Positions 1 to 13,061 of a DNA stretch of 64,000 bases are shown here, one piece after another. The notes beneath the pieces are model-generated. The model ran no database searches. It was not told the DNA's origin and saw only the letters and a list, made by a program, of their open reading frames with translations. Source of the stretch: Actinomycetales bacterium (GTDB lineage Bacteria; Actinomycetota; Actinomycetes; Actinomycetales; CAVURS01); NCBI GenBank assembly GCA_045807245.1, contig JBJMHS010000078.1:62001-126000 (forward strand), given 5' to 3'. The translations under genes were made by a program, and so were the position numbers. Position 1 is the first letter of the stretch. Each line of letters opens with the position of its first letter.

Positions 1-35
1 GAGACTCAGAGCAGCGGGCGTTGCCTTCACGACCG

Positions 36-71
36 GCTCTGCTGTGATTCCGGTGTGGATCAGAGCAGAGC
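36..71 (-). terminator. Stem-loop downstream of the nuo/polyprenyl synthase operon (probable terminator)
   Basis: GCTCTGCT(36-43) pairs with AGCAGAGC(64-71), and TGATTC with GGATCA, about 45 nt past the stop at 116; no U-tract. Confidence 0.45.
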
Positions 72-115
72 GCAGTCAGCGCGTCGCGCGACGCTCGGCT
101 CGGCTCGGGCTGAGG

Positions 116-1111
116 TCAGCCGGTGCGGGTGACGACCCCGGCCGCCAGCGCGTCGAGCGCGTCGCGAACCGGCCCGTCGGGCAGCGGCTTCAGCGCCGCC
201 CGGGCGGCGTCGGCCCAGGACTGCGTCTCGACCCGCGCCTGCTCGAGCGACGGGTGCGCGCGCAGCAGGGCCAGGGCGCGCGAGTGCAAGTCGTCGTCGG
301 TCAGGTCACCGGACAGCAGCGCGAGCAGCTCGGCGTCCGCCGGGTCGGTCGACGTCCGGGCCAGCAGGACCGGCAAGGTGGGGATGCCTTCGCGCAGGTC
401 GGTGCCCGGTGTCTTGCCGGACTCCCCCGTCTCGGAGGCCAGGTCGATCAGGTCATCGGCCAGCTGGAACGCCACACCGATCCGCTCCCCGTAGTCGACC
501 AGGACGTCGACGACGTCCGGAGGGCATCCGGCGAACTCGGCCCCGAACCGGCCGGAGGTCGCGATGAGCGCGCCGGTCTTGTCGGCCAGCACACCGAGGT
601 AGTGCTCGACCGGGTCGTCCCCCTCAGCCGGACCGACGGTCTCGCGGGTCTGGCCGGTCACGAGCCGCTCGAACGTCCGCGCCTGCACCTTCACGGCCTC
701 CGGCCCCAGCTCGGCGACGATCCGCGAGGCCCGGGCGAAAAGCAGGTCGCCCGTCAGGATGGCGACCGTGTTGCCGTACTGCACGTTCGCACTCGTCGTA
801 CCGCGACGCAGCGAGGCGTCGTCCATCACGTCGTCGTGGTACAGCGACGCGAGGTGGGTCAGCTCGACGACGGCCGCCGCCTTCAGGACGTCCGGCCCGG
901 CACCGCTGCCCAGCTGGCTGGCCAGCACCGTGAGCAGGGGCCGGAACCGCTTGCCGCCCGCCGCCATGAGATGGCCGGTTGCGTTGCCGAAGGCCGCATG
1001 GACGTCACTGACGGCTTCGGCCAACAAGTCCTCGACATCGTCCAGCCCGCGCCGCAGCGCCGCCTCGAGCGCCGGGTCGCCCGTCGGCAGGCCAGCGCCG
1101 GCGAGCGTCAC
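116..1111 (-). CDS. Polyprenyl (hepta/octa/nonaprenyl) diphosphate synthase for the menaquinone side chain (HepT/GrcC-like)
   Basis: GGKRFRP, LYHDDVMD..RRG (FARM) and FQLADDLID (SARM) motifs; GTGA overlap with the nuoN stop. Confidence 0.93.
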   Translation of the reverse strand: MTLAGAGLPTGDPALEAALRRGLDDVEDLLAEAVSDVHAAFGNATGHLMAAGGKRFRPLLTVLASQLGSGAGPDVLKAAAVVELTHLASLYHDDVMDDASLRRGTTSANVQYGNTVAILTGDLLFARASRIVAELGPEAVKVQARTFERLVTGQTRETVGPAEGDDPVEHYLGVLADKTGALIATSGRFGAEFAGCPPDVVDVLVDYGERIGVAFQLADDLIDLASETGESGKTPGTDLREGIPTLPVLLARTSTDPADAELLALLSGDLTDDDLHSRALALLRAHPSLEQARVETQSWADAARAALKPLPDGPVRDALDALAAGVVTRTG

Positions 1112-2658
1112 GGTACGAACAAGGCCGAGTGCGAGGCCAGGTCCAGGACGGGCTGCGGGAACACGCCGAGGATCACGGTCATGGCCACGCCGATCGTCAA
1201 CGCGACCGTCATCATCGCGCTCGGGATGGCCACGGTGGTCGCGTCACCCGTCGGCTCGGAGAAGTACATGAGCACGATGACCCGCACGTAGAAGAAGGCC
1301 GCGATGGCGCTGGCGACCACCCCCACGACCGCCAGCCACGTCGCACCGTGCGCCACGGCGGGCGCGAACACGGCGAACTTCGCGGTGAACCCGGATGTCA
1401 GTGGGATGCCTGCGAACGCGAGCAGGAACAGCGCGAAGACACCGGCGATCAACGGGTGGTCCTTGCCGAGCCCGGCCCACTGCGACAGATGCGTCGCCTC
1501 GCCCGCGCTGTCCCGCACCAGGCTGACGACGGCGAACGCACCGATGGTGCTGAACCCGTACGCCGCGAGGTAGAACAGCGTGCCCGAGACGCCGCTCTTG
1601 TCGAAGGCCAGGACGCCCACCAGGACGAAGCCGGCGTGGGCGATCGACGAGTAGGCCAGCATGCGCTTCACGTCGGTCTGCGTGATGGCCAGCACCGAGC
1701 CGACCAGCATGGTCACGATCGCCACGCCCCACAGCACCGGCTCCCAGTCCCAGCGCGACCCGGCGACGCCGACGTACACCACGCGCAGGATCGCGCCGAA
1801 CGCAGCAAGCTTCGTGCACGCCGCCATGAACCCGGTCACGGGCGTCGGAGCGCCTTGGTACACGTCCGGCGTCCACGAGTGGAACGGCACGGCCCCGATC
1901 TTGAACAGCAGCCCGATGCCGACCAGGGCGACGCCCGGCAGCAAGAGGCCCTGCGCCTGCCCGCCCTCGCTGATCGCCTTCGCGATGTCGCCGAAGTTCA
2001 GCGACCCGGCGTACCCGAACAGCAGCGCGCTGCCGAACAGGAAGAACGCCGACGAGAACGCGCCGAGCAAGAAGTACTTGAGGGACGCCTCCTGGGAGAG
2101 CAGCCGGCGGCGCCGGGCCAGCCCGCACAGGATGTAGAGCGGCAGGGACAGCACCTCGAGCGCGACGAACATGGTCAGCAGGTCACCGGAGGCGGGAAAC
2201 AGCATCATGCCGCCGACCGCGAACAGCGTGAGCGGGTAGACCTCCGTCGAGACGATGCCCGCGCGAGTGGCCGCCGCTTCGTGCCCCGAACCCGGGATCG
2301 CCGCCCCCTGCGGCGTGAACGCGTCACCCTGCGGGCCGCCGAGATACCGCTCGCCCATGGTCAACACGGCCAGGATGCTCAGCAGGACGAGCGTCCCCTG
2401 CAGGAACAGGGTCGGGCCATCGACGACGATGGACCCGGATGCCGTGGACCCCTTGACGCCCTTGGCCGCCACGACGACCGCGACGAACGCCGCGAGCAGG
2501 CCGCCGATCGACACGACGAGCTGCACGAGGTAGCGCCAGGCCCGGGGAGCGAACGCCTCGACGAGCACACTGACGACGGCGGTGCCGAAGACGATCAGCA
2601 TCGGCAGGGCCAGCCGGTAGTCGATCGACGGTGCCGGAATGCTGGCGGCGGCGATCAC
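1108..2658 (-). CDS. nuoN: NADH-quinone oxidoreductase subunit N
   Basis: Polytopic membrane protein with EASLKYFLLG, FKIGAVPFHSWTPDVYQGAP and KRMLAYSSIAH; last gene of the nuo operon. Confidence 0.97.
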   Translation of the reverse strand: MIAAASIPAPSIDYRLALPMLIVFGTAVVSVLVEAFAPRAWRYLVQLVVSIGGLLAAFVAVVVAAKGVKGSTASGSIVVDGPTLFLQGTLVLLSILAVLTMGERYLGGPQGDAFTPQGAAIPGSGHEAAATRAGIVSTEVYPLTLFAVGGMMLFPASGDLLTMFVALEVLSLPLYILCGLARRRRLLSQEASLKYFLLGAFSSAFFLFGSALLFGYAGSLNFGDIAKAISEGGQAQGLLLPGVALVGIGLLFKIGAVPFHSWTPDVYQGAPTPVTGFMAACTKLAAFGAILRVVYVGVAGSRWDWEPVLWGVAIVTMLVGSVLAITQTDVKRMLAYSSIAHAGFVLVGVLAFDKSGVSGTLFYLAAYGFSTIGAFAVVSLVRDSAGEATHLSQWAGLGKDHPLIAGVFALFLLAFAGIPLTSGFTAKFAVFAPAVAHGATWLAVVGVVASAIAAFFYVRVIVLMYFSEPTGDATTVAIPSAMMTVALTIGVAMTVILGVFPQPVLDLASHSALFVP

Positions 2659-4193
2659 TTGCTCGTCCCTTCAGCTGCCGGCGACGGGTGCGTCGGCTTC
2701 GGATCGGTCACGCCGACCTGGTGCATGGTGCGGGTGACGGCCGGGGAGATGACGTCCAGCACCGGCTTCGGGAACAGGCCGAGGAAGACGATGACCGCCA
2801 GCAGGGGCGCGACGACCCAGGCCTCACGGCGCTGCATGTCCGGCGTACCGTCCAGCGCCTCCGGCATCGGCCCGGTCATCATCCGCTGGTACATGTAGAG
2901 GATGTAGAGAGCGGCCAGCACGATCCCCGCGATGGCGAAGACCGCCGCGACCTGGTAGCGCGAGTACGTGCCGAGCAGCACGAGGAACTCGCTGACGAAG
3001 CTCGACAGGCCGGGCAGCGACAGCGACGACAGCCCAGCGACGAGGAACGTCCCCGCGACGAGCGGCGTGACCCGTTGCCATCCACCGAAGTCCGCGATGC
3101 GGCGCGACCCGCGGCGGCTGGTCAGCATGGCGGCGACGAGGAACATCGCCGCCGTCGAGAACCCGTGGTTCACCATGTAGAGCGTCGCGCCGTTCTGGGC
3201 CGACGACGTCATCGCGAAGATGCCCATCACGATGAAACCGAAGTGGCTCACCGACGTGTACGCGATCAGCCGCATGATGTCGGTCTGGCCGATGGCCAGG
3301 AGTGCGCCGTACAGGATCGAGATGACGGCCAACACGATGATGGCCGGCGTCGCCCACTTCGCTGCGTCCGGGAACAGCGGCAGGCAGAGCCGGATCATGC
3401 CGAACGTGCCGACCTTGTCCAGGACACCGACCAGCAGGACCGAGGTCGCCGGTTGGGCCTCCGCCGCCGCGTCGGGGAGCCAGGTGTGCACGGGGACCAT
3501 CGGCGCCTTGATCGCGAACGCGACGAAGAAGCCGAGGAACATCAGCCGACCGGACGTCTCGGAGAAGTGCAGGTGCCCGAGCAGGTTGGTGAGCAGGAAA
3601 CCCTGGTCCCCCTTCGGCCCGGCGAAGTACACCGCGATGACGGCCACCAGCATGAGCAGGCCGCCGGCCAGCGAGTACAGCAGGAACTTCACCGCGGCGT
3701 ACTGGCGCTGGGAGCCGCCGTAGGAGCCGATCAGGAAGTAGACCGGGATCAGCATCGCCTCGAAGAAGACGTAGAACAGGAACACGTCCGTCGCGGCGAA
3801 GACGCCCACCATCATCGTCTGCAGGACCAGCATCAAGGCGTAGTAGGTCTGCTGCCGACCGCCGATCTCCGGTACGTCGTTCCAGGCCGCGAGCAGGCAG
3901 ACCGGAGTCAGCACCGCGGCCAGCGCGATGAGCACGAGCCCGATCCCGTCCACGCCCAGGGCGTAGCTCACGCCGAACCTCGGGATCCACTCGTGCACCT
4001 CGGCGAACTGGAACTGCGTGCTGCTGTTGCGCTCGAACTGGGTCGCCATCGCGATGACGAGGATGAGCGAGAACATCGAGAACCCGAAGGCGACCTCGCG
4101 GGTCCGGTGAGCCAGCGAGCGCGGCAGGGCCAGGACGGCGGCCGCGCCGACCAGGGGTACGGCGCCGATGACCGTCAGCCAGGGGAAGCTCAT
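2655..4193 (-). CDS. nuoM: NADH-quinone oxidoreductase subunit M
   Basis: [27 protein letters not shown] and [12 protein letters not shown] motifs; operon position. Confidence 0.97.
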   Translation of the reverse strand: MSFPWLTVIGAVPLVGAAAVLALPRSLAHRTREVAFGFSMFSLILVIAMATQFERNSSTQFQFAEVHEWIPRFGVSYALGVDGIGLVLIALAAVLTPVCLLAAWNDVPEIGGRQQTYYALMLVLQTMMVGVFAATDVFLFYVFFEAMLIPVYFLIGSYGGSQRQYAAVKFLLYSLAGGLLMLVAVIAVYFAGPKGDQGFLLTNLLGHLHFSETSGRLMFLGFFVAFAIKAPMVPVHTWLPDAAAEAQPATSVLLVGVLDKVGTFGMIRLCLPLFPDAAKWATPAIIVLAVISILYGALLAIGQTDIMRLIAYTSVSHFGFIVMGIFAMTSSAQNGATLYMVNHGFSTAAMFLVAAMLTSRRGSRRIADFGGWQRVTPLVAGTFLVAGLSSLSLPGLSSFVSEFLVLLGTYSRYQVAAVFAIAGIVLAALYILYMYQRMMTGPMPEALDGTPDMQRREAWVVAPLLAVIVFLGLFPKPVLDVISPAVTRTMHQVGVTDPKPTHPSPAAEGTSK

Positions 4194-6148
4194 CGGTTCG
4201 TCACCGCCAAGGCGCCGAGTACGACGACCACCCCGGCGAGCATCGTCAACGCGTACGAGCGGACGAAACCGTTCTGCAGCCTGCGCATCCGGGCCGACAA
4301 CCCGCCGACGAGAGCAGCCAGGCCACCGACGGCGCCGTCCACGCCCTTGCCGTCGAGGAAGACCAGCGAGCGGGTCAGGTGCTCACCCGGGCGCATGAAC
4401 AGAGCTTCGTTGACTTCGTCCTGGTAGAGGTCCTGGCGGGCCGCCCGGGTCGGGATCGAGCCGACGGGCGCGACCTCCGGCACGCTCTCGTACCAGTAGC
4501 GGTACCAGGCCAAGGCGACGCCAAGCACGACCAGAACGAGGGTCGCCACCGTCAGGACGCCGACCGAGACGACCGGCTCCTCCTCTGGTCGCTGGCCGAC
4601 CACCGGCGTGAGCCAGTGCAGCATCGAGTTCGAGACGCCGAGGGCGAAGCCGAGGCCGGCCGAGCCGATCGCCAGGATCACCATCGGCACCGTCATCAGG
4701 GCCGGCGCCTCGTGCGGGTGCTGCCCCTTGGTCCAGCGCCGCTTGCCCTGGAAGGTCATGAAGAACAGCCGGGACATGTAGAAGGCCGTGATGCCGGCCC
4801 CGGTCAGGGCCGCGAGCCCGAACACCCAGGGCCGCCAACCGTCGCCGACGAACGCCGACTCGATGATCTTGTCCTTGCTCCAGAAGCCGGAGAACGGTGG
4901 CACACCCAGGATCGCCAGCCAGCCGAGCCCGAACGTGACCCAGGTGATCTTCATCAGCCCGGACAGGCCGCCGAACCGGCGCATGTCCACCTGGTCCTGC
5001 ATGCCGTGCATGACGGAGCCGGCGCCGAGGAACATGCCGGCCTTGAAGAAGCCGTGGGTGAGCAGGTGGAAGATGGCGAACGCGTAGCCGACCGGACCGA
5101 GCCCGGCCGCGAGCGTCATGTAGCCGATCTGGCTCATCGTGGACGCTGCGAGCGCCTTCTTCATGTCGTCCTTGGCGCAGCCGACGATCGCACCGAACAG
5201 CAGGGTGATCGCGCCGACGATGACCACGCCCAGCCGCGCGTTCTCCGAGACGTCGTAGATCGGGGCCGACCGCACGATCAGGTACACCCCGGCGGTCACC
5301 ATCGTTGCCGCGTGGATCAGCGCCGAGACTGGCGTCGGGCCGGCCATGGCGTCACCGAGCCACGACTGGAGCGGGAACTGCGCCGACTTGCCGCACGCGC
5401 CGAGCAACAGCAGCAGGCCCATCGCGGTGGCGACGCCCGCGGACAGCGAGGACGCCCCGGCGAAGACGCCGGTGAAGTCCACCCGCCCGAACTCGGCGAA
5501 CATCAGGAAGATCGCCACGGCCAGGCCGATGTCGCCGACCCGGTTCACCACGAACGCCTTCTTGGCCGCCGTCGCGTAGACCGGGTTGTAGTTCCAGAAC
5601 CCGATCAGCAGGTACGACGCGAGACCGACGCCCTCCCAGCCGAAGAACAGCAGCAGGTAGCTGTCGGCGAGGACGAGCAGCAGCATCGAGGCCACGAACA
5701 GGTTCATGTAGGCGAAGAACCGGCGCCGGTCCGGGTCGTGCTCCATGTAGGCGACCGAGTACGTGTGGATCAGGGAGCCGACGAAGGTCACGAGCAGGAC
5801 GAACGCCATGGACAGCTGGTCGATCCGCAGCCCGGCGTCGAGCGTGAACGACCCGGCCGGGATCCAGGAGAACAGGTGCTGGTCGAACGCCCGGCCGTCG
5901 GACGGCTTGTTCAGCATGGCCAGGTACATCACCGCGGCGATGACGAAGCAGGCCCAGGGCACCAGAGTGCCGAGGACGTGCCCGAAGGAGTCGGTACGCC
6001 GACCGCCGACCAAGAGGACGCCGGCACTCAGCAGCGGCAGGGCGACGAGCAGCCAGGTGAGCGTGAACGCCCCGGTAGCCGTCTGCACCTGCTGCGCGCC
6101 CTGTACGCCGTGAACAGCCTGTGCGGCGAGGACGGAGGTGAGCATCAT
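4190..6148 (-). CDS. nuoL: NADH-quinone oxidoreductase subunit L
   Basis: [16 protein letters not shown] and [37 protein letters not shown] motifs. Confidence 0.97.
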   Translation of the reverse strand: MMLTSVLAAQAVHGVQGAQQVQTATGAFTLTWLLVALPLLSAGVLLVGGRRTDSFGHVLGTLVPWACFVIAAVMYLAMLNKPSDGRAFDQHLFSWIPAGSFTLDAGLRIDQLSMAFVLLVTFVGSLIHTYSVAYMEHDPDRRRFFAYMNLFVASMLLLVLADSYLLLFFGWEGVGLASYLLIGFWNYNPVYATAAKKAFVVNRVGDIGLAVAIFLMFAEFGRVDFTGVFAGASSLSAGVATAMGLLLLLGACGKSAQFPLQSWLGDAMAGPTPVSALIHAATMVTAGVYLIVRSAPIYDVSENARLGVVIVGAITLLFGAIVGCAKDDMKKALAASTMSQIGYMTLAAGLGPVGYAFAIFHLLTHGFFKAGMFLGAGSVMHGMQDQVDMRRFGGLSGLMKITWVTFGLGWLAILGVPPFSGFWSKDKIIESAFVGDGWRPWVFGLAALTGAGITAFYMSRLFFMTFQGKRRWTKGQHPHEAPALMTVPMVILAIGSAGLGFALGVSNSMLHWLTPVVGQRPEEEPVVSVGVLTVATLVLVVLGVALAWYRYWYESVPEVAPVGSIPTRAARQDLYQDEVNEALFMRPGEHLTRSLVFLDGKGVDGAVGGLAALVGGLSARMRRLQNGFVRSYALTMLAGVVVVLGALAVTNR

Positions 6149-6158
6149 CAGCGTCCTC

Positions 6159-6458
6159 TCACAGCTTCAACAGGTCGGCGTCGTCGACGGACACGGATCG
6201 CCGCGCGCGGAAGATCGTCATGATGATGGCGAGCCCGACGACGACCTCGGCGGCGGCCACCACCATGACGAACAGGGCGACGACCTGGCCGTCCAACGTC
6301 CCCTGGATGCGGGCGAACGTCACGAAGGCCAGGTTGGTCGCGTTGAGCATCAGCTCCACGCCCATGAAGACGATGATCGCGTTGCGCCGCAACAGCACCG
6401 TGGTCGCACCGATCGCGAACAGGACGGTCGACAGGTAGATGTAGTTGACCAGGTTCAT
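6159..6458 (-). CDS. nuoK: NADH-quinone oxidoreductase subunit K
   Basis: 99 aa with 3 TM helices; [17 protein letters not shown] and [12 protein letters not shown]. Confidence 0.97.
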   Translation of the reverse strand: MNLVNYIYLSTVLFAIGATTVLLRRNAIIVFMGVELMLNATNLAFVTFARIQGTLDGQVVALFVMVVAAAEVVVGLAIIMTIFRARRSVSVDDADLLKL

Positions 6459-7270
6459 CGCTGTCTACCCTCCTCGACGTCACGCTCGATCGCCGCCGTC
6501 GCCTGCTCGTACGGCTCGGCGCCACGTGTCTGGGCGCGGGCGACCAGGACCCGCGAGACCGACGCCTCGGCCGGCGTACCGTCCGGCAGCAGGGCGGGGG
6601 TGTCGACCGCGTTGTGCCGGGCGTACACACCCGGCGCAGGCAGGCCGGCCTGGTACTTGCCCCTCATCTCGAAGCGGCGGGTGGAGGCGACCCGCTGGGT
6701 GACCCTCACGGTCAGCCGCTCGCGGTGCGCCAGCACCATCGCACCGAGGGCCGCGGTGATCAGCAGAGCGCTCGTCACCTCGAAGGCCCACACGTACTGG
6801 CCGAAGATCAGGGTCGCCAGACCAGAGATGTTGCCGGCCTGGTTGGCCCGGGTGAGCCCGACGGGTCGGCCGACGCTGAAGCTGCCGACCGCGGCGACCA
6901 GCAGGAGGAACAGCCCGAGACCGAGCAGCAGGCCGACCCAGCGCTGGCCCTTGATCGTCTCGACGAGCGAGTCTGACGAGTCGACGCCGACGAGCATCAG
7001 GACGAACAGGAACAGCATCATCACGGCGCCGGTGTAGACGAAGACCTGCACGATGCCGAGGAACTCGGCACCTTCGATGACGTAGAAGACGCCGAGGACC
7101 ACCATCACCAGCGCGACCGCGATGGCTGCGTGCACCGCCTTCTTGGCGAACAGCAGCCCGAGCGCGGCGATCACCGAGACGGTGCCGAGGATCCAGAAGA
7201 ACGTCGCCTCGGCGCCTCCGGCCTGGGCGCCCCCCGTCGAGTGCGCCGCGAGCAGGCCGAGGGAGCTCAC
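6455..7270 (-). CDS. nuoJ: NADH-quinone oxidoreductase subunit J
   Basis: [20 protein letters not shown] motif; start moved to GTG at 7270, which overlaps the nuoI stop (GTGA). Confidence 0.94.
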   Translation of the reverse strand: MSSLGLLAAHSTGGAQAGGAEATFFWILGTVSVIAALGLLFAKKAVHAAIAVALVMVVLGVFYVIEGAEFLGIVQVFVYTGAVMMLFLFVLMLVGVDSSDSLVETIKGQRWVGLLLGLGLFLLLVAAVGSFSVGRPVGLTRANQAGNISGLATLIFGQYVWAFEVTSALLITAALGAMVLAHRERLTVRVTQRVASTRRFEMRGKYQAGLPAPGVYARHNAVDTPALLPDGTPAEASVSRVLVARAQTRGAEPYEQATAAIERDVEEGRQR

Positions 7271-7872
7271 TCGACCACCTCTGCATCGTCCGGGCGGTGC
7301 TGGTCCGCCCAGCGCAGCTGCTCGGGCGTCGCGGCGTCGACCTTGCCCTGGTAGTAGTCGCGCTCCTCCAGGCCGTCGACCATCGGGTGCGGCGGCGGCA
7401 GCATGCCGGCCTGCAACGGTGCGAGCAGCTGGTCCTTCTCGAAGATCAGCGAAGCCCGGCTGTGGTCGGCCAGCTCGTACTCGTTCGTCATGGTGAGCGC
7501 GCGGGTCGGGCAGGCCTCGATGCACAGGCCGCAGAAGATGCAGCGCAGGTAGTTGATCTGGTAGACGCGGCCGTAGCGCTCGCCCGGCGAGAAGCGGCCG
7601 CCACCGCCTTCGCTGTCGTCGTTGTCCGCACCCTCGACATAGATGGCGTCAGCCGGGCAGGCCCAGGCACACAGCTCACAGCCGACACACTTCTCCAGCC
7701 CGTCCGGGTGACGGTTGAGCTGGTGGCGGCCGTGGAACCGCGGAGCCGTCGGCCGCTTGACCTCGGGGTACTCCTCGGTCTCCAGCTTGCGGAACATCGT
7801 GGAGAACGTGACACCGAACCCGGCCACCGGCGCGAACCGGTCACCGAGCTTCTTGCGCTGCTGGTCAGCCAC
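7267..7872 (-). CDS. nuoI: NADH-quinone oxidoreductase subunit I
   Basis: Two 4Fe-4S motifs: [12 protein letters not shown] and [12 protein letters not shown]. Confidence 0.97.
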   Translation of the reverse strand: MADQQRKKLGDRFAPVAGFGVTFSTMFRKLETEEYPEVKRPTAPRFHGRHQLNRHPDGLEKCVGCELCAWACPADAIYVEGADNDDSEGGGGRFSPGERYGRVYQINYLRCIFCGLCIEACPTRALTMTNEYELADHSRASLIFEKDQLLAPLQAGMLPPPHPMVDGLEERDYYQGKVDAATPEQLRWADQHRPDDAEVVE

Positions 7873-9205
7873 CGGACACCTCTGCGGGCTCGGACGGTTC
7901 GGGTTCCTCCGGTGCGGAGCCGCTCGTGAGGACGGGTGACGGTCCCGCTGTCCGGCGCAGCGTCTGCCCCGGCAGCGGCGGCACCGGGTGGCCGCCCGCG
8001 AACGGGTCGACCTCGCCGGTGGGCCAGGCGTACTTCTCCTTGGGGTCCTCCCCCTGCGGCAGCAGGTAGGTGCCGACGATCAGGACGACGGCGATGACGC
8101 TGATCACGATCAGCGTGTTGCGCCGGCCGTCGGCACTGAACAGCTGGGCCGCGCGGATGAACGCCACGCAGACGATCCACAGCAGCGAGGTCGGGATGAG
8201 GACCTTCCAGCCGAACCGCATGAACTGGTCGTAGCGCACGCGGGGGAGCGACCCGCGCAGCCAGACGAAGAAGAAGAGGAAAAGCCACAGCTTGACGACG
8301 AACCACAGGATCGGCCACCAGCCGCTGTTCGCGTGGTCCCAGAGGCTGAGCGGCCATGGCGCGCGCCAGCCCCCGAGGAACATCGTGGTGGCCAGGGCCG
8401 AGACCGTGACCATGTTGACGTACTCGGCCAGGAAGAACAGGGCGAACTTCAGCGAGCTGTACTCGGTGTGGAAGCCACCGGTCAGCTCACCCTCGCCCTC
8501 GGCCAGGTCGAACGGCAGCCGGTTCGTCTCGCCGACCATGGTGATGACGTAGACGGCGAACGAGAAGAACGCCGGGATGACGAACCACAGGTCCTTCTGC
8601 TGGTCGACGATCTGCGACGTCGACATCGAGCCGGCGTACAGGAAGACCGCGACCAGGCTCATGGCCATCGCGATCTCGTAGGAGATCACCTGCGCCGTGG
8701 ACCGCAGCGCACCGAGCAACGGGTACGTCGACCCGGACGCCCAGCCGCCGAGCAGGATGCCGTACACGCCGATCGACGCCACGGCGAGGATGAACAGGAC
8801 GGCGACCGGCGTGTCCGACAGCTGCAGCGGAGTCTTGTGCCCGAACACGGTCACGGCCGGCCCGAACGGGATGACGGCGAACGACACGAAGCACATCGCG
8901 GCCGCGATGCCGGGGGCGAGGATGAAGACCAGCCGGTCCGCGCCCTTGGGGATGATGTCTTCCTTCAGCGCCAGCTTGATGCCGTCGGCCAGCGTCTGGA
9001 GCAGCCCGAACGGGCCGGCCCGGTTGGGCCCGGGCCGCTGCTGCATCCGGCCGATGACCCGCCGCTCGAACCAGATCACGAGCAGGGTCGTGACGACCAG
9101 GAACACGAAGATGACGACCGCCTTGACCAGCACGATCCAGCCGTTGTCCTGGGCGAAGCTGACCGCCGGGTTGTCGGTCGCCGGGAGCGCGCTCAGCAGG
9201 CTCAT
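7865..9205 (-). CDS. nuoH: NADH-quinone oxidoreductase subunit H
   Basis: [16 protein letters not shown] and [16 protein letters not shown]; start moved to ATG at 9205 (ATGA overlap with the nuoG stop). Confidence 0.96.
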   Translation of the reverse strand: MSLLSALPATDNPAVSFAQDNGWIVLVKAVVIFVFLVVTTLLVIWFERRVIGRMQQRPGPNRAGPFGLLQTLADGIKLALKEDIIPKGADRLVFILAPGIAAAMCFVSFAVIPFGPAVTVFGHKTPLQLSDTPVAVLFILAVASIGVYGILLGGWASGSTYPLLGALRSTAQVISYEIAMAMSLVAVFLYAGSMSTSQIVDQQKDLWFVIPAFFSFAVYVITMVGETNRLPFDLAEGEGELTGGFHTEYSSLKFALFFLAEYVNMVTVSALATTMFLGGWRAPWPLSLWDHANSGWWPILWFVVKLWLFLFFFVWLRGSLPRVRYDQFMRFGWKVLIPTSLLWIVCVAFIRAAQLFSADGRRNTLIVISVIAVVLIVGTYLLPQGEDPKEKYAWPTGEVDPFAGGHPVPPLPGQTLRRTAGPSPVLTSGSAPEEPEPSEPAEVSGG

Positions 9206-11721
9206 GCGCTGCCCTCCACTGCCGGTACCGGTGCTGCTCCCGGTGCTGCCGCCGGTGCTAGCTGTACGACGGCGCCGGAACCCACGTGCAGGCTCTCGTG
9301 GACCGTCGAGGACTGCGAGTCGGTCGGCAGCCATACGACGCGGTCCGGCATCTCGGCGATGACGACCGGCAGCGTGATCTGGCCGGCGGCGGTCGAGACG
9401 ACGAGGTCGGCACCGGCGCCCACGCCGACCTCGGCAGCGGTCGCTGCCGACAGCCGCGCGACCGGTGGGGTCGCCGTACCGGCCAGGTAGGGCTCGCCGT
9501 CCTGCAGGCGACCGTTGTCGAGCAACAAGTGCCAGGTCGCCAGGACGGCCTCGTTCGCCGTGGGCTGGGCCGGCTCCCCGGGTGCCACGTCCGGCTCTGC
9601 CGCGACCGCACCGTCCCACGGACCGAGCGAGGCGATCTCGGCTCGCACCGACGCCAGGTCCCGCAGCCCCAGGTGCACGTCCATCTCTGCGGCCAGCAGG
9701 TCCAGGACGCGGTAGTCGCTCATGGCACTCGAGGTCAACGCCGGCGCGAACGGGCGCGGCCGGCCCTCCCAGTCCAGGTAGGTCCCGCCCTTCTCCTCGG
9801 CTGGTGCCACCGGCAGCACGACGTCCGCCCGATCGGTGACCGCACTCTCGCGGAGCTCGAGGGATACGACGAAGCCCGCGCGATCCAGCGCCGCGGTCGC
9901 GGCCTGCGGCTCAACCAGGTCACCCGGGTCGACGCCGCCCACGACGAGGCCACCCAGGTCGCCGGCGGCCGCCGCAGCGATGATTCCCGCGGTGTCGCGC
10001 CCCTCGCTGGCCGGGATGTCCGTGGACACCCAGGCCGTCTGCAGGTCGACGCGGGCGGCCGCGTCGCTCACCGGCCGGCCGCCGGGCAGCAACGTCGGCA
10101 GGGCACCGGCCTCCAGCGCCCCACGCTCGCCGGCGCGCCGAGGCACCCACGCGACCCGGGCGCCCGTGGCGTTCGAGACCTGGCGGACCGCGCTGAGCGC
10201 GCCCACGGCACCGGCCGCACGCTCGCCGACCAGGACGACCGCGCCCGCCGCCTTGAGCAGCTCGGTCACGTCGTCGAGCTCGCCGTCGCCGCGCGCGATG
10301 GCCTGCAGGACCTCGGCCTCGGTGCCCGGTGCGGCCGGAACCAGCCGGCCGGACAGCTTCTTGAGCCCGCGCGTCTGCCACGGCGCCAGCGACACAACAG
10401 TCGCGCCGTGCTCGCGGACCGCCTTGCGCAGCCGAAGGAAGACGATGGGCGACTCCTCCTCGGGCTCGAAGTCGACCAGGAGCACCGCCGACGCCGCCTC
10501 GAGGTCAGCGTAGGTCACGCCACCGGCGTCCGGTACGGAGCCGACGACGATCGACCCGAGGAAGGCCGCCTCCTCGACGGAGTGCACCCGGGCTCGGAAG
10601 TCAATATCGTTGGTGGACAAGGCGGTTCGTGCGAACTTGGCGTAGGCGTAGGCGTCCTCGTACGTCGCCCGCCCACCGACGAGGACGCCGACCCCGCCGT
10701 TCGCCTTGGCATCGGCCAGGCCGCGGGCGGCGACGTCGAGCGCCTCCGGCCACGAGGCCACCCGCAGGTCGCCGGACTCCGCGTCCCGCACCATGGGGTG
10801 GGTCAGCCGGTCGGCCGCGCGCGAGTAGGTGAAGGCCCAGCGGCCCTTGTCGCAGTTCCACTCCTCGTTGACCTGCGGGTCGTTGCCCGCCAGCCGGCGC
10901 AGGACGACCCCGCGGCGATGGTCGCTGCGGATCGCGCAACCACTGGCGCAGTGCTCGCACACGCCGGGCGAGGAGACGAGGTCGAACGGCCGGGACCGGA
11001 ACCGGTACGCCGCGCCCGTGAGCGCGCCCACCGGGCAGATCTGCACGGTGTTGCCCGAGAAGTAGCTCTCGAACGGCTTCTGCTCGTAGATACCGACCTG
11101 CTGCAGCGCGCCGCGCTCGATGAGCTCGATGAACGGGTCGCCCGCGATCTGGGCCGAGAACCGGGTGCAGCGCGCGCAGAGCACGCAGCGCTCGCGGTCC
11201 AGCAGCACCTGGCTGGAGATGTTGATCGGCTTGGGGTACGTGCGCTTGACGTCCTCGAAGCGCGAGGTCGCGCGCCCGTTCGACATGGCCTGGTTCTGCA
11301 GCGGGCACTCGCCCCCCTTGTCGCAGACGGGGCAGTCGAGCGGGTGGTTGATGAGGAGCAGCTCCATGACGCCCTGCTGCGCCTTGTCGGCGACCGGCGA
11401 GGTGACCTGGGTCCGCACCTGCATGCCTGCGGTCACCTCGATGGTGCAGGACGCCTGCGGCTTGGGCATCGGCCGCAGCTGCCCGTCCGGTCCTGGGGTG
11501 GCGATCTCGACCAGGCACTGCCGGCAGGCGCCGACCGGCTCGAGCAGCGGGTGGTCGCAGAAGCGCGGGATCTCGATCCCGACCTCCTCGGCGGCCCGGA
11601 TCACCAACGTGCCCTTGGGCACGCTGACCTCGGCCCCGTCGATCGTCAGGGTCACGAGATCTGGACGTGCCTGAGCAACGGAACCGGACAGACGGCTTCC
11701 GACAAGCCCGGAGCTGCTCAT
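9202..11721 (-). CDS. nuoG: NADH-quinone oxidoreductase subunit G
   Basis: [32 protein letters not shown] and [11 protein letters not shown] Fe-S motifs. Confidence 0.97.
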   Translation of the reverse strand: MSSSGLVGSRLSGSVAQARPDLVTLTIDGAEVSVPKGTLVIRAAEEVGIEIPRFCDHPLLEPVGACRQCLVEIATPGPDGQLRPMPKPQASCTIEVTAGMQVRTQVTSPVADKAQQGVMELLLINHPLDCPVCDKGGECPLQNQAMSNGRATSRFEDVKRTYPKPINISSQVLLDRERCVLCARCTRFSAQIAGDPFIELIERGALQQVGIYEQKPFESYFSGNTVQICPVGALTGAAYRFRSRPFDLVSSPGVCEHCASGCAIRSDHRRGVVLRRLAGNDPQVNEEWNCDKGRWAFTYSRAADRLTHPMVRDAESGDLRVASWPEALDVAARGLADAKANGGVGVLVGGRATYEDAYAYAKFARTALSTNDIDFRARVHSVEEAAFLGSIVVGSVPDAGGVTYADLEAASAVLLVDFEPEEESPIVFLRLRKAVREHGATVVSLAPWQTRGLKKLSGRLVPAAPGTEAEVLQAIARGDGELDDVTELLKAAGAVVLVGERAAGAVGALSAVRQVSNATGARVAWVPRRAGERGALEAGALPTLLPGGRPVSDAAARVDLQTAWVSTDIPASEGRDTAGIIAAAAAGDLGGLVVGGVDPGDLVEPQAATAALDRAGFVVSLELRESAVTDRADVVLPVAPAEEKGGTYLDWEGRPRPFAPALTSSAMSDYRVLDLLAAEMDVHLGLRDLASVRAEIASLGPWDGAVAAEPDVAPGEPAQPTANEAVLATWHLLLDNGRLQDGEPYLAGTATPPVARLSAATAAEVGVGAGADLVVSTAAGQITLPVVIAEMPDRVVWLPTDSQSSTVHESLHVGSGAVVQLAPAAAPGAAPVPAVEGSA

Positions 11722-13061
11722 GCGGTCACCGCTTCGGACTGGGCGAACAGCGTGGAGTCCCTCGGGTCGAACGGACAGCCGCCCTCGGTCATGTGCTGGA
11801 TGTACTCGTCGCGGAAGAAGCGGATGCTGGACTGGATCGGACTGACCGCGCCGTCAGCGAGTGCGCAGAACGAGCGACCGAAGATGTTGTCGCAGATGTC
11901 GAGCAGCTTCTCGATGTCGGCCTCGGTGCCCTGGCCGTGCTCGAGCCGATGAAGGATCTGCTTGAGCCAGTAGGTCCCCTCGCGGCACGGCGTGCACTTG
12001 CCGCAGGACTCGTGGGCGTAGAAGTCCGTCCACCGCAACGTGGCCCGCACGACGCAGGTCGTCTCGTCGAAGATCTGCAGGGCCCTCGTCCCGAGCATCG
12101 AGCCGGGCGCGTCCGGGTTGTCGGGCGTCGGCTGCGCACTGACCGACTCGAAGTCGAGCGGCACGTCGAGATGCTTGTCGGTGAGCAATGGTGTCGAGGA
12201 CCCGCCCGGTGTCCAGAACTTCAACGCCTTGCCGTTCCGCATTCCGCCGGCCATGTCGAGCAGCTCGCGCAGCGTGATGCCGAGGGGGGCTTCGTACTGG
12301 CCCGGCCGGGTCACGTGGCCGGACAGGCTGAACAGGCCGAAGCCCTTCGAGCGCTCGGTGCCCATCGAGGCGAACCAGTCGGCGCCCTTGCGCACGATGA
12401 AGGGCACCGACGCGATCGACTCGACGTTGTTGACGACGGTCGGGCGCGCGTACAGACCGGCCACGGCGGGGAACGGCGGCTTGAGCCGCGGCTGGCCGCG
12501 GCGACCCTCGAGAGAGTCGAGCAGCGCGGTCTCCTCACCGCAGATGTACGCGCCCGCCCCGGCGTGCACCGTGATCTCGAGGTCGAACCCGGAGCCCAGG
12601 ATGTCGGTGCCGACGTAGCCCGCGGCCCGGGCCTCCTCGACCGCGCGCAGCAGGCGGCGGTAGACGTGCAGGACCTCCCCGCGCACGTAGATGAAGGCGT
12701 GGTTGCAGCCGATCGCCTTCGCCGTGATGACCACGCCCTCGATGAGGAACTGCGGCGTGGCCAGCATCAGCGGGATGTCCTTGCAGGTCCCGGGCTCGGA
12801 CTCGTCGGCGTTGACCACCAGGTAACGCGGGCCGCCGTCCGGCGGAGGCAGGAAGCCCCACTTCATGCCGGTGGGGAAGCCGGCGCCGCCACGCCCGCGC
12901 AGGCCCGAGTCCTTGAGCGCCTGGACCAGGTCGGCCTGCTCCATGCCGAGCGCCCGGCGCAGCGCGACGTACCCGTCGTGCCGCTCGTACGTCTCGAGCG
13001 TCCAGGACTGCGGGTCGTCCCAGAACTCGGTCATGATCGGGGTGAGCGCGGTCGGAGCCAT
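11718..13061 (-). CDS. nuoF: NADH-quinone oxidoreductase subunit F
   Basis: [37 protein letters not shown] and [12 protein letters not shown]. Confidence 0.98.
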   Translation of the reverse strand: MAPTALTPIMTEFWDDPQSWTLETYERHDGYVALRRALGMEQADLVQALKDSGLRGRGGAGFPTGMKWGFLPPPDGGPRYLVVNADESEPGTCKDIPLMLATPQFLIEGVVITAKAIGCNHAFIYVRGEVLHVYRRLLRAVEEARAAGYVGTDILGSGFDLEITVHAGAGAYICGEETALLDSLEGRRGQPRLKPPFPAVAGLYARPTVVNNVESIASVPFIVRKGADWFASMGTERSKGFGLFSLSGHVTRPGQYEAPLGITLRELLDMAGGMRNGKALKFWTPGGSSTPLLTDKHLDVPLDFESVSAQPTPDNPDAPGSMLGTRALQIFDETTCVVRATLRWTDFYAHESCGKCTPCREGTYWLKQILHRLEHGQGTEADIEKLLDICDNIFGRSFCALADGAVSPIQSSIRFFRDEYIQHMTEGGCPFDPRDSTLFAQSEAVTA